A stretch of DNA of 64,000 bases from positions 76,037 to 140,036 of the forward strand of contig CAZHRT010000001.1 of the NCBI GenBank assembly GCA_964534665.1, read 5' to 3'. This document shows positions 27,839-37,521 of the stretch, piece after piece. The DNA comes from an uncultured Methanosarcinales archaeon. GTDB lineage: Archaea; Nanobdellota; Nanobdellia; Woesearchaeales; JAHJBD01. Each line of letters begins with the position of its first letter. Position 1 is the first letter of the stretch. The position numbers and the translations under genes were made by a program. Below the pieces are notes generated by a model. It did not search any database. It saw only the letters and a program-made list of their open reading frames with translations, and was not told where the DNA came from.

Positions 27839-28417
27839 TCAGAGTATTAAAAAAAGTACATGTCCAATTGCCCCAGAAAATAAGGGTACCAATAAATTAT
27901 CATCTAATTCTTCAGCAAAAACTTCAACAATAGTTGCAACAAAAGCCATCGCTAAGATTATATAAATATTATTTAAGATAATAAAACCAACAACCAAATT
28001 AATTATAAGTTCTGCTAATCCACCACTAAAAGTTTTATTTTTAAAAATAATTGTCTTACCATACCTTTTACCAATTAACGCTGCACCCATATCACCAAAC
28101 GTTGTCATTAATAAGGCTGCCAACGCAATATGAAACTCAAAAACTGCTAAAGCAATAATTGTACCAGAAATAAAATAAATAACACCATAAGGTCTATTCC
28201 TCTCTTTAGGTCTGATAAATTGTTCAAAAAACGGCGGACAAATTTCAAGCTCTAACCTAAAAAACTCAAATATTAAAAATATGATTAATAAAAAAACTAA
28301 TGCAAGTAACGCAGTAGACTTACCATAAGTTTGCTCAATAAAGAAATATCCAAACAATACAAATAAGATTAACAGATGTACTGCTTTTCTTCCAACTTCA
28401 TGAGCAAATGTCCACAT
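27839..28417 (-). CDS. CTP-dependent polyprenol/dolichol kinase-like or CdsA/CarS-superfamily membrane protein
   Basis: Multi-TM. Motif FGDMGAALIGKRYGKTIIFKNKTFSGG resembles GDxxAxxxGxxxGxxK...KTxEG of dolichol kinase/DUF92/cytidylyltransferase family. Confidence 0.55.
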   Translation of the reverse strand: MWTFAHEVGRKAVHLLILFVLFGYFFIEQTYGKSTALLALVFLLIIFLIFEFFRLELEICPPFFEQFIRPKERNRPYGVIYFISGTIIALAVFEFHIALAALLMTTFGDMGAALIGKRYGKTIIFKNKTFSGGLAELIINLVVGFIILNNIYIILAMAFVATIVEVFAEELDDNLLVPLFSGAIGHVLFLIL

Positions 28418-28472
28418 TCTAAAGAATAAGATTGCCCCTCTTTGTTTAAAAATGTTTTGAATTAAATAGATA

Positions 28473-28666
28473 TACGGCAGCCGGGACTTTCGACAGTTGG
28501 ATATACAACGTATATCCTAGCTTAGAATCTCTTGCAAGATTTTTGGGCTGTTCTGATTTGAACCCGGGTCCCAAGCTCTTTCCACGAAAGTGGAAAGCCC
28601 AAAAGCTTTGCTTCTCGTGTGGGAAGCTCAGATCATAGCCACTAGACCACTGCCGTATAAATAATT
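28473..28666 (-). tRNA. tRNA with two introns (anticodon-loop and T-loop); tentatively Gly(CCC), identity uncertain
   Basis: Minus strand ACGGCAG TG GTC TAGTGGCTAT GAT C TGAGC TTCCCA[intron about 42 nt]GCTTG GGAC CCGGG TTCAAAT[intron about 70 nt]CCCGG CTGCCGT A. 7-bp acceptor and 5-bp T-stem are perfect only if the about 70-nt insert is removed. Confidence 0.55.
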
Positions 28667-28723
28667 AATTATATTCACTTATATATTAAGTTTTATAAAA
28701 GCAAAATCATTATTGAGAATAAA

Positions 28724-30052
28724 ATGCCTAAAAAAGGAATTGTACCGTTATATTATGTTGTAATGGCACACCCAAATGATGGAACTGTTGTTCCAATGCC
28801 TCCATCACAGTTTGCTATTGCTGAAGTAGCTTCACGTACAAGACAAGAATTAACAGATTTATTAGCACAAATTAACACAAGATTCTTAGATGGTTCAAAC
28901 GATTTACCATTTCTAAAACAAGCATGGGAACAAGATTTCAGAGGTCAAAAAGCAGAAAGCGCTTTTACTATTGCAGACCTAGAACATGCAGTAAAATGTG
29001 AATTAAGACCTGCTGCAAGACATGTTGTTTATAGCGGAGAGAGTATTCCGTCTTATAATTTAGTTAGACAAGAAGCATTTGGTAATGGGGAATTAGAAAC
29101 AAGAAAAGGTATGATGAAATCAGCATCACATCACGACCAAGCATCATTATCTATAAAAGCAATTCAAAGTGGTGTAGGAAAAGAAGCAGGAAAGTATAGG
29201 GATGTTACATTTAGGGCACCATTCCTAATAGAAGATGGTGGTGAAGTATTCATTAATCCTGCATACCTTGCAGATTGCACTTGTAGGGCACACAGTAAAC
29301 AAGTTGCTAGAGATTTAAGAACACCACAAAGAAATACCTATTTAGTATGCCACCACATTGCTGCTGGAATAAGAGAATTATATCTAGAAAAAGAAAGAAT
29401 TGTTCCGATAAGAATTAAAGGGTTAAGCAATAGAAGTTTAAGAGGACAAAGAGGAGCAGTTCTTAACCCATATAACTTACATGAAAATCCAGAACTTGCT
29501 TTAGAAGCAGTTGTAAGAAGATTTGTATTTGGCCATAAACTTAGCGATATAGACAGATCATTAATGGATGAAGACATTTTCTCAACCCAATATCAAGATT
29601 TAAGAAATTCTAAACCTGGACAATTAAGAAGAGAAGTTGTTCAATCTACACAAAACTTTCCAGGAGTATATGGCAAAATTAAAGAAGAAATGATCTCTGC
29701 ACTTACAGAACATGGATATGAATATTTAGGAAATGCAATTTCATTTAGAGACACAGAATATGAAACAGTCTCAAAAGTATTCGGAAATAGGCATAGTGGC
29801 AAAATGATACATATACTATATGATCCTTCAGTTGGTATAAACAGCCCTCATTTCTTATTAAAACTCAGACCAGGACAAGTAGACACCCAATATGGTGATC
29901 CTTTAAATCAACTGCCAGACAACCCAGTAGCGTGTGTAAACAGGCCCTTTTTAGAAACAGATGATATGACTGGTGTTGATAGAGTATCTTTAGTAAAAAC
30001 ACCAGTTAGCATACTAACAGTAAATGCCAGAAAACAATTATATACAGAATAA
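28724..30052 (+). CDS. Hypothetical protein (442 aa), compositionally atypical (R/Q/H/A-rich, locally higher GC)
   Basis: MPKKGIVPLYYVVMAHPNDGTVVPMPPSQF... no recognised motif. Directly adjacent to a tRNA gene. Confidence 0.5.
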   Translation: MPKKGIVPLYYVVMAHPNDGTVVPMPPSQFAIAEVASRTRQELTDLLAQINTRFLDGSNDLPFLKQAWEQDFRGQKAESAFTIADLEHAVKCELRPAARHVVYSGESIPSYNLVRQEAFGNGELETRKGMMKSASHHDQASLSIKAIQSGVGKEAGKYRDVTFRAPFLIEDGGEVFINPAYLADCTCRAHSKQVARDLRTPQRNTYLVCHHIAAGIRELYLEKERIVPIRIKGLSNRSLRGQRGAVLNPYNLHENPELALEAVVRRFVFGHKLSDIDRSLMDEDIFSTQYQDLRNSKPGQLRREVVQSTQNFPGVYGKIKEEMISALTEHGYEYLGNAISFRDTEYETVSKVFGNRHSGKMIHILYDPSVGINSPHFLLKLRPGQVDTQYGDPLNQLPDNPVACVNRPFLETDDMTGVDRVSLVKTPVSILTVNARKQLYTE

Positions 30053-30057
30053 AAAAA

Positions 30058-30342
30058 TTATTCAGCAGCTTCTTCTTCAGAACTATGACTTGGTATAGCT
30101 GCTTTGCTAATAATCATTATATCACCAATACTCTTAACTAATTGATGAGGAACAATTACTCCTTTAGCAGAACCCAATACTTGTGATAAGAACGAATTCT
30201 TTGTTGCACGCACTCTCCACCCGAATACTTTTGTTTGTGTTAATATTGATTCTTCAATATCTCCAAAATATTCGCCTTGATCTGTAAATACGCGCATATC
30301 ATAAGTTCCGGAAATTCTTTTCATCTTTAGCATGCAAACCAC
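30058..30342 (-). CDS. PRC-barrel domain protein
   Basis: 94 aa, KRISGTYDMRVFTDQGEYFGDIEESIL...VKSIGDIMIISK pattern of small archaeal PRC-barrel proteins. Confidence 0.55.
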   Translation of the reverse strand: MVCMLKMKRISGTYDMRVFTDQGEYFGDIEESILTQTKVFGWRVRATKNSFLSQVLGSAKGVIVPHQLVKSIGDIMIISKAAIPSHSSEEEAAE

Positions 30343-30408
30343 CTTTTAAATTTATAATATGATAGTAAACGTTTAGATTTATATATCTTTTGATTTTCTA
30401 GTCTATAT

Positions 30409-31107
30409 ATGCAATACCAAAACTTAACTTTGATTGGAACAAGCCATATCGCAAAACAAAGCTTAAAAGACGTCAAAGACGCTATAGAACTTGGTAAACC
30501 AGACATTGTTTGCTTAGAATTAGATCCAAAAAGATATTATGCACTTTTACATAACAAAAAAGGTAAAATCAGAATATATGATATCAAAAGAATAGGCATA
30601 AAAGGGTTTATTTTTTCATTAATTGGTGCATGGGCAGAAAAAAAGTTAGGTGAAGCAGTGGGTGTTACCCCTGGTTCTGAGATGATAAAAGCTATTAAAT
30701 TATCTAAAAAGTACAAAATAAGGGTATCTTTAATAGATCAAGATATTGAACTTACACTTAAAAAATTAAACAAATCTATAACTTGGAAAGAAAGATGGAA
30801 TTTTGTTAAAGATATATTAAAAGCTATTATTTTCAGAAAAAAAGAAATTGAATTTGATCTTACAAAAGTTCCTGAGAAAAAGATAATTGATAAACTAATA
30901 AAAGAAGTTAAACAAAAATATCCTAACATATACAGGGTTTTGGTAAAAGAAAGAAACGAATTCATGGCTAAAAATCTAGCAAACCTACTAAATAATAACC
31001 CAGATAAAAAGATATTAGCAATAGTTGGTGCAGGACATGAAGAAGAAATGATTAAGATTATTAAAAAAACTAAACAAGATATAACATACTCTTATAGTCT
31101 TGGCTAA
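30409..31107 (+). CDS. TraB/GumN family protein
   Basis: LIGTSHIAKQSLKDVKDAIELGKPDIVCLELDPKRY and C-terminal VGAGHEE match TraB family (PF01963). Confidence 0.7.
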   Translation: MQYQNLTLIGTSHIAKQSLKDVKDAIELGKPDIVCLELDPKRYYALLHNKKGKIRIYDIKRIGIKGFIFSLIGAWAEKKLGEAVGVTPGSEMIKAIKLSKKYKIRVSLIDQDIELTLKKLNKSITWKERWNFVKDILKAIIFRKKEIEFDLTKVPEKKIIDKLIKEVKQKYPNIYRVLVKERNEFMAKNLANLLNNNPDKKILAIVGAGHEEEMIKIIKKTKQDITYSYSLG

Positions 31108-31154
31108 ACTAAAAAACAAAATTCTTATATATCTGAATAGCAAATAAAACTAAT

Positions 31155-31922
31155 ATGGGCGAATTCATAGATATGGGAGCTAAACTTAAGAAATATTACA
31201 AGTTTACTCCTTCAGAACTTAGAGGAATTATTGTATCAATAATAGTATTAGCATTTATAGTATCTTTTGCAAAATGGGGTCCTGGAAATGAAATTGATGT
31301 AGGGTTTGGTTTATTCAATCTAATAAATGCAACATTAATATTTACTCTTGCTTTCATTATACATTATAGTGCACAAAAGGTTGCAGCTTTAAGCGTAGGT
31401 TATAACATTGAATACAAAGTTTGGAGTTATGGTTTATTAATAGCTTTATTACTTGCTTTCTTAACAAAAGGTTTTATTTGGTTTTTAATCCCAGGTGGAA
31501 TAATACACCACCATCTTGCAGGACACAAATTAGGTTTTTTTAGATATGGGTTAAATTATTTCGCTGTTGGCGTTACATCATTAATGGGGGCAGTTGCAAA
31601 CATATTATTTGCAATTATGCTAAGAATAATAAATATAGCCTTAAACAGTACAATTATTGATTACGCAATTATCATAAATCTTTGGTATGCTGTATGGAGT
31701 GTTTTACCAATTCCTCCAGCAGATGGAAGCAGAATGTTCTTTGGTAGTAGAATGGTTTATATATTTGGACTTGTAGCAATAGTAGCAGGCGCAGGATTGC
31801 TTCATCCAGCATTTAATATACCAATCTGGTTTGCAGTTATTGGATCGCTGTTAATAGCTTTAATTGCCTGGCTATTATATTATATATTTTGGGAAAAAGG
31901 CTTTTGGAAAGGACCATACTAA
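31155..31922 (+). CDS. Site-2 protease (M50)-like membrane protein with degenerate HExxH
   Basis: VLPIPPADGSRMF matches M50 NxxPxxPxDGG motif. Expected HExxH position reads IIHYSAQKV (E to Y, H to Q), plus an unusual HHHLAGH stretch. Confidence 0.55.
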   Translation: MGEFIDMGAKLKKYYKFTPSELRGIIVSIIVLAFIVSFAKWGPGNEIDVGFGLFNLINATLIFTLAFIIHYSAQKVAALSVGYNIEYKVWSYGLLIALLLAFLTKGFIWFLIPGGIIHHHLAGHKLGFFRYGLNYFAVGVTSLMGAVANILFAIMLRIINIALNSTIIDYAIIINLWYAVWSVLPIPPADGSRMFFGSRMVYIFGLVAIVAGAGLLHPAFNIPIWFAVIGSLLIALIAWLLYYIFWEKGFWKGPY

Positions 31923-31923
31923 A

Positions 31924-32244
31924 ATGAGTTACCAAAAAAAGTGGGCTGAAGTTTTATTTTTCACATTGTTAGTTATAGGTTTTATCATATCATTATTTTC
32001 AGGTAGCGCAGTAATCAGTTATTTAATCATTTTTATAACTGGTATGATGGCTGGCCGCCTAATATTCGAAAGAAAAGGTAAATTAAAGTTTGCTTATTAT
32101 TTAATCATTATAGGTTTTCTTATTGGATACATCCTTGGAGCTTTTTACGGTAACAGAAACATTACAATTATATTATTTATATTGGGCGCTTTATTAAGTT
32201 ATTATTTACATGATAGGAAAATAATAAAAACAACCCAATATTAG
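31924..32244 (+). CDS. Small membrane protein (106 aa, 3 TM)
   Basis: ATG at 31924 directly after upstream stop. Hydrophobic helices. Confidence 0.45.
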   Translation: MSYQKKWAEVLFFTLLVIGFIISLFSGSAVISYLIIFITGMMAGRLIFERKGKLKFAYYLIIIGFLIGYILGAFYGNRNITIILFILGALLSYYLHDRKIIKTTQY

Positions 32245-32252
32245 TTATTTCT

Positions 32253-32813
32253 ATGAAAATTGCTGAAAATGTATGGAAAGTGAATGTTGACAGTAATATC
32301 TATTTCATTGATGAAGATGAAAAGATAATCATTGATGCTGGACCTAAAACACATAGAGAAGATGTAATCAGTGAATTAAGTAAATTTGTTGACGTAAACA
32401 AAATTGATAAAGTTATCTTCACTCATTTACACTATGATCATATGGGCAATTTTGATTTATTCCCTAATGCAAGATTCTTTGCATCTGAACAAGAAATTAA
32501 AGATTTTGAAGAAAACGCTCTAGGCGCAACCGTAGGTCTAGACCCATTACTACTTTCTAAATTTAAAAAAATCAAATTAGAACCTCTAGAAGACATGAAT
32601 GGTCTAAAAATAATCCCTACACCAGGCCATACAAAAGGTTCAATTTGTTTATACTACGAAAAAGAAAAGGTCTTATTTACAGGGGACACAAAATTTGAGA
32701 ACGGTATGGGTAGAATTGACTTGCCTACATCCTCTCCAGAAGAAATGCAAAACTCTCTGAATAAAATTGAAGAAATTGATTATGTTGTTCTAGCACCAGG
32801 CCATGATTATTAA
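32253..32813 (+). CDS. Metallo-beta-lactamase fold hydrolase
   Basis: THLHYDHMGN (HxHxDH), PTPGHTKGS, GDT. Confidence 0.75.
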   Translation: MKIAENVWKVNVDSNIYFIDEDEKIIIDAGPKTHREDVISELSKFVDVNKIDKVIFTHLHYDHMGNFDLFPNARFFASEQEIKDFEENALGATVGLDPLLLSKFKKIKLEPLEDMNGLKIIPTPGHTKGSICLYYEKEKVLFTGDTKFENGMGRIDLPTSSPEEMQNSLNKIEEIDYVVLAPGHDY

Positions 32814-32855
32814 GAAAATATATAAACAAACTTAGCTTCCTTCTAAAGTGATTAA

Positions 32856-35063
32856 ATGATAAAATTTCAGCCTAGGCTTTACCAACAAACAATATTTAAT
32901 TCTTGTACCTCGAAAAACACCTTAGTTGTACTTCCAACAGGCATGGGCAAAACAAACATTTTCTTAATGTTAGCAGCACATAGAATTAAACTTTACCCAA
33001 ATTCAAAGATTCTATTCATTGGTCCAACTAGGCCTTTAATCGACCAATACCTAGAAAGTTTCAAAAAAGACTTTGAAATTAAAGAAGAAGAAATGGCAGT
33101 ATTTACTGGTCATGTTAAACCAGAAAAACGTGAAGAACTTTGGAAATCCTCAAAAATCATATTCTCAACTCCACAAGGACTTGAAAATGACATTATCTCA
33201 AGAAGAATTAAATTAGAAGAGGTTTCACTTTTAGGAGTTGATGAAGCACATAGGGCTGTTGGAGACTATGCTTATGTTTTTGTTGCAAAACAATATCAAC
33301 AAAAAGCACAATACCCAAGAATATTAGCGTTAACAGCATCTCCAGGTTCAGACATAGAAAAAATTTCAGAAGTTTGTCAAAATCTTTATATTGAAGATAT
33401 AGAAGTTAGAACTGATGAAGATCCAGATGTAAAACCATACGTCCAAGAAGTAAATATTAGTTGGGTTAAAGTGACACTTTCTCAAGATCTTCTAGAGGTT
33501 CATAAATATCTAAAAGATTTCTTAAAAAGTCGACTTGAAAAACTTAAACAGCAAGGAGTTTTACATAGAGCAGACGTAAAATATGTTAGTAAATCAGATT
33601 TGTTACAATTACAAGGTCAATTAAGAGGTCGAGCTACAGCCGAACAAGATTTCACAATATGGGCTGCAATATCTGTATTAGCAGAAATTATGAAAATGCA
33701 ACATGCACTTGAATTATTAGAAACTCAAGGTGTTACTTCCCTACATAATTATCTACAAAAACTTAACCAAGAAGGATTTAAAGGAAAAACCAAAGCAATC
33801 AAAAATATTGTAAAAGATCTAAATTTCAGAACTGCTTTAATCAAAGCAGAAAGGATGTATGAAGAAAAAATAGAACATCCTAAACTTATCGAACTCCAAA
33901 AGATTATTAGTACAGAAGTTAAAAAAAATCCTAATTTAAAATTAATAGTTTTTAATCAATACAGGGACAACGCAGCAGATATTGCTGAAAAATTAAACAA
34001 TTTAGAGAACCTAAAAGCGCAATTATTTGTTGGTCAAACAAAAAAAGGCGAAACAGGCATGACTCAAAAAAAACAAAAAGAAGTTCTAGATGATTTTAGA
34101 GCAGGAGGATTTAATGTTTTAGTTGCAACTTCTGTTGCTGAAGAAGGTCTTGATATTCCCAGTGTAGATTTAGTAATATTTTACGAGCCAATACCTTCTG
34201 CAATAAGGCATATTCAACGTCGTGGAAGAACAGGACGTCAAGAAAAAGGTAAATGTATTATTTTAATGACAAAAGACACGCGAGATGAAGGTTACAGATG
34301 GAGTGCACACCACAAAGAAAAAAGAATGCATCGAACATTAAAGGATCTAAAAAGTAATTTATCAAAAGTCATCTCACCAAAATCAAATGGGTTAAACAAA
34401 TACATAGAAAAATCAACAGAAACAGTTATATTTGCTGACCACCGTGAAAAAGCCTCAGGAGTTATTAAAGAATTAATTAATAATGGAATTAAATTAAACC
34501 TAGAAAAACTAGATTCTGCAGATTATCTTCTTTCTTCAAGAGTAGGTGTTGAATTTAAAACAAATGAAGACTTTGTTAATTCTATTATCGACGGAAGATT
34601 ATTAATGCAAGTTAAACAACTAAAAAGAAACTTTGAAAGGCCATTAATCATTATTGAAGGTACAGAAGACATATACTCAATAAGAAATATTCATTCAAAC
34701 GCAATCATGGGAATGTTATCTATGATTGCTATAAGCTATGGTATCCCAATAATATCAACAAAAAATCACAAAGAAACAGCCTCTTTAATGCAAATCATTG
34801 CTAAAAGAGAACAAGAAGAAACAGGTAAGAACTTTACACCACATTCAGAAAAACGAGTTTCAACATTAAAAGAACAACAAGAATATTTTGTTTCTTCCTT
34901 ACCAGGCATTGGCATGACACTAGCTAAACCATTACTTAAAGAATTCAAGTCTGTTAAGAATCTTATTAACGCTAAAAAAGAAGATTTAGAAAAAGTTGAA
35001 AAGATAGGACCAAAAAAAGCCGAAGAATTAAAAAAAGTCTTCGACGGTGAATATTTACCTTAA
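32856..35063 (+). CDS. hef: Hef (helicase-associated endonuclease for fork-structured DNA): SF2 helicase plus ERCC4 nuclease plus HhH2
   Basis: LVVLPTGMGKT (Walker A), DEAH (VDEAHRA), helicase C motifs (QRRGRTGR), ERCC4-like ADHRE...DYLLS region, C-terminal HhH (LPGIGMTLAKPLL). Confidence 0.85.
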   Translation: MIKFQPRLYQQTIFNSCTSKNTLVVLPTGMGKTNIFLMLAAHRIKLYPNSKILFIGPTRPLIDQYLESFKKDFEIKEEEMAVFTGHVKPEKREELWKSSKIIFSTPQGLENDIISRRIKLEEVSLLGVDEAHRAVGDYAYVFVAKQYQQKAQYPRILALTASPGSDIEKISEVCQNLYIEDIEVRTDEDPDVKPYVQEVNISWVKVTLSQDLLEVHKYLKDFLKSRLEKLKQQGVLHRADVKYVSKSDLLQLQGQLRGRATAEQDFTIWAAISVLAEIMKMQHALELLETQGVTSLHNYLQKLNQEGFKGKTKAIKNIVKDLNFRTALIKAERMYEEKIEHPKLIELQKIISTEVKKNPNLKLIVFNQYRDNAADIAEKLNNLENLKAQLFVGQTKKGETGMTQKKQKEVLDDFRAGGFNVLVATSVAEEGLDIPSVDLVIFYEPIPSAIRHIQRRGRTGRQEKGKCIILMTKDTRDEGYRWSAHHKEKRMHRTLKDLKSNLSKVISPKSNGLNKYIEKSTETVIFADHREKASGVIKELINNGIKLNLEKLDSADYLLSSRVGVEFKTNEDFVNSIIDGRLLMQVKQLKRNFERPLIIIEGTEDIYSIRNIHSNAIMGMLSMIAISYGIPIISTKNHKETASLMQIIAKREQEETGKNFTPHSEKRVSTLKEQQEYFVSSLPGIGMTLAKPLLKEFKSVKNLINAKKEDLEKVEKIGPKKAEELKKVFDGEYLP

Positions 35064-35378
35064 CCCTTCAATACAACTAATCTTAGTATTCCTTTGCAAC
35101 CACTCTCTAAACTTATGATCTACTTTTACTCCAACATTTTGCAACCCAGAATTTAACTTACCATACAATTCCTTACCCTTTTTATCAAAATCAGTTAAAA
35201 TTACAACTTCCATTCCAGATAATTCTTCAACAACCTCAAATATGGCCATTCTTGAAAGAGAAACAATATCATTCTTAACACCAATTCTTCGCAAAGCCCG
35301 AATATCATTAATACCTTCAACAAGTATCACTTTACCAGATTCATTAATATCCTCAACCCACTCGTCTAAAGAACTCAT
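35055..35378 (-). CDS. Small Toprim-domain protein
   Basis: ILVEGINDIRAL ... VVILTDFDKKGKEL (conserved E and DxD of Toprim). Confidence 0.7.
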   Translation of the reverse strand: MSSLDEWVEDINESGKVILVEGINDIRALRRIGVKNDIVSLSRMAIFEVVEELSGMEVVILTDFDKKGKELYGKLNSGLQNVGVKVDHKFREWLQRNTKISCIEGLR

Positions 35379-35578
35379 TTTTTCTTTTTTCTCTTAAGAT
35401 ATTTCTTTAATTTATCTAATGTTTTCTTTTCTTTATGCCTTTCTAATATTGCAATCCCACCCAAAATCATAAATATACCCTGTAATATAGGTAAAAATAA
35501 TCCAAGAATACCTAATCCAATCAAACTCCAGCCTGCAAAATCCTTAAGCAGTTCCTTAAACTTACCTTCTTTTACCAT
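35375..35578 (-). CDS. Small membrane protein (67 aa)
   Basis: WSLIGLGILGLFLPILQGIFMILGGIAIL hydrophobic hairpin. Overlaps neighbours at both ends. Confidence 0.35.
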   Translation of the reverse strand: MVKEGKFKELLKDFAGWSLIGLGILGLFLPILQGIFMILGGIAILERHKEKKTLDKLKKYLKRKKKK

Positions 35579-35957
35579 TAAAATAATCCTCTAAAATTTT
35601 TTTATGATCAAATGCAAGTTCAGGTAAATTGTCTTTATTAAATACTTTAGCTTGCTTAGCATCATCTAAACCTTTCAGTTCTCCAAAACCTTTAGCAGTA
35701 AATACAATAGACACTGTATGTCCCCTAGGATCCCGAGAAGCTTCTGAATAAGTATGAAACTGCTTTAAATCAGATACATCAAGATTAGTTTCTTCTTTAG
35801 CTTCCCGAGTTGCGGCATCTTCAACACTTTCACCAATATCAACAAACCCTCCAGGTATAGCCCAACCCAATGGTTCAAACTTTCTTTCAACTAATACAAT
35901 CCCGCCTTCAAACTCAATAATAGTATCTGCAGCTATTGAGGGTGTTTTTGGTCTCAT
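35562..35957 (-). CDS. NUDIX hydrolase
   Basis: Nudix box GGFVDIGESVEDAATREAKEETNL. Confidence 0.8.
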   Translation of the reverse strand: MRPKTPSIAADTIIEFEGGIVLVERKFEPLGWAIPGGFVDIGESVEDAATREAKEETNLDVSDLKQFHTYSEASRDPRGHTVSIVFTAKGFGELKGLDDAKQAKVFNKDNLPELAFDHKKILEDYFNGKRR

Positions 35958-36036
35958 AATTAATAAAGTAATCTAGAAATATATAAATCTGTAGGAAAAC
36001 AATATAAACTTCATTAACATACTTCTTCAGGGGGAA

Positions 36037-37521
36037 ATGCTAGATAAAGAGACTGCTTTAAAATATTATGGAAGAGAAGATGTTCAAAAAGCAATAGTTA
36101 AACATGCAAAAAATAAAGAAATTGCTGTTAGATTTAACGATTTCTTTGGAAAAAGACCAGACACCCTCAAATACCCTCGTGATGTATTAGAATTAGCAAA
36201 ACAAGGTGCAACTTCTTTTCACTGTTCAGAAGAATTATGGGAAAATCCATTACATATTACCTCAAGTATGAAAAAAAAAGATGTAGAGGAACTCAGAATT
36301 GGTTGGGACATTGTTCTCGACATTGACTGCCCATATTGGAACCTTGCTAAAATTACAACTTGGTTATTAATAAAAACATTAAAAGACCTCCATGTTAATT
36401 CAATTGCAGTTAAATTTTCAGGTAACAAAGGATTCCATATTGGGGTTCCATTCGAAGCATTACCTCAAACAATAGGAGAAATAAAAACAAAAGATATGTT
36501 TCCTGAAGCTGCAAGAAACATTGCAAGTTATTTATTAGACTACATTAAAAATAAACAAATACAAGTTAAAGATGACGGCAACATAATTTTCGGAAACAAA
36601 TTTAAAATTTCTTTTCAAAAATTAAAAGAATCCACAGGTAAAGATATCGACGAACTAACTGAAAAATTCTGTTCTGATTGTAACAACAAAGTAAAAGGCA
36701 ACATAACTGACTCTTCAACAGAATTTGTATGTAAACATTGCGAATCAAGAATAAGTAGCAAAGAAGATTATGTAAAATGTCCAAAATGTAATATTTTTAT
36801 GGAAAAGTTTCAAGAAAAAAAATCATTATGTAAATGTGGCTCAAATTCATATTACAGAACATTTAATCCTTTATCAATAATCGAAGTGGATACCATACTA
36901 ATTTCAAGTAGACACCTTTATAGAATGCCATTTTCTTTACATGAAAAGTCTGGTTTAGCGTCAATACCAATAGATCCAGACAAGATCTTAACTTTTGATA
37001 AAAAATTAGCAAAACCAGAATATGTAATAACAAATAAAGAATTTATTGATAGAAATATTGAATCTTCAAATGCATTGGAGGCTGCAATCGCTTATCAACA
37101 AGAAAAACCAAAAGAAGAAGCAACTAAGAACTTTGAAGCACCAGAAGAAGCTGTTCCTGAAGATTTATTTCCACCTTGTATAAAAAAAGTGTTAGGTGGA
37201 GTAGAAGACGGAAGAAAACGTGCAGTGTTTATTTTAACTAATTTCTTAGTAAGTGTTGGATGGAGTTATGATATGATTGACACTCGACTAAAAGAATGGA
37301 ATGAAAATAATTCCGAGCCTTTAAGAGAAGTATACATTAATGGTCAAACAAGATATCACAAACAAAATCAAAAAAAGATTCTTCCACCAAACTGTGCTAA
37401 CCAAATGTATTACAAAGACCTTTTGATATGCCTACCTGATAATTTATGTAAAAGTATCAAGAATCCTGTAAATTATGCTATTAGAAAAGCAAGATATCTA
37501 AACAAAAAGGCAAAATCATGA
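36037..37521 (+). CDS. priS: DNA primase, catalytic small subunit PriS with C-terminal Cys-rich extension (probable PriS-PriL-CTD fusion)
   Basis: Archaeo-eukaryotic primase motifs: IVLDIDC (DxD), SGNKGFHIG, Zn knuckle CSDCNNK...CKHC. C-terminal about 130 aa has 4 spaced Cys (CIKK...CANQ...C..C) like the PriL Fe-S domain. Confidence 0.75.
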   Translation: MLDKETALKYYGREDVQKAIVKHAKNKEIAVRFNDFFGKRPDTLKYPRDVLELAKQGATSFHCSEELWENPLHITSSMKKKDVEELRIGWDIVLDIDCPYWNLAKITTWLLIKTLKDLHVNSIAVKFSGNKGFHIGVPFEALPQTIGEIKTKDMFPEAARNIASYLLDYIKNKQIQVKDDGNIIFGNKFKISFQKLKESTGKDIDELTEKFCSDCNNKVKGNITDSSTEFVCKHCESRISSKEDYVKCPKCNIFMEKFQEKKSLCKCGSNSYYRTFNPLSIIEVDTILISSRHLYRMPFSLHEKSGLASIPIDPDKILTFDKKLAKPEYVITNKEFIDRNIESSNALEAAIAYQQEKPKEEATKNFEAPEEAVPEDLFPPCIKKVLGGVEDGRKRAVFILTNFLVSVGWSYDMIDTRLKEWNENNSEPLREVYINGQTRYHKQNQKKILPPNCANQMYYKDLLICLPDNLCKSIKNPVNYAIRKARYLNKKAKS

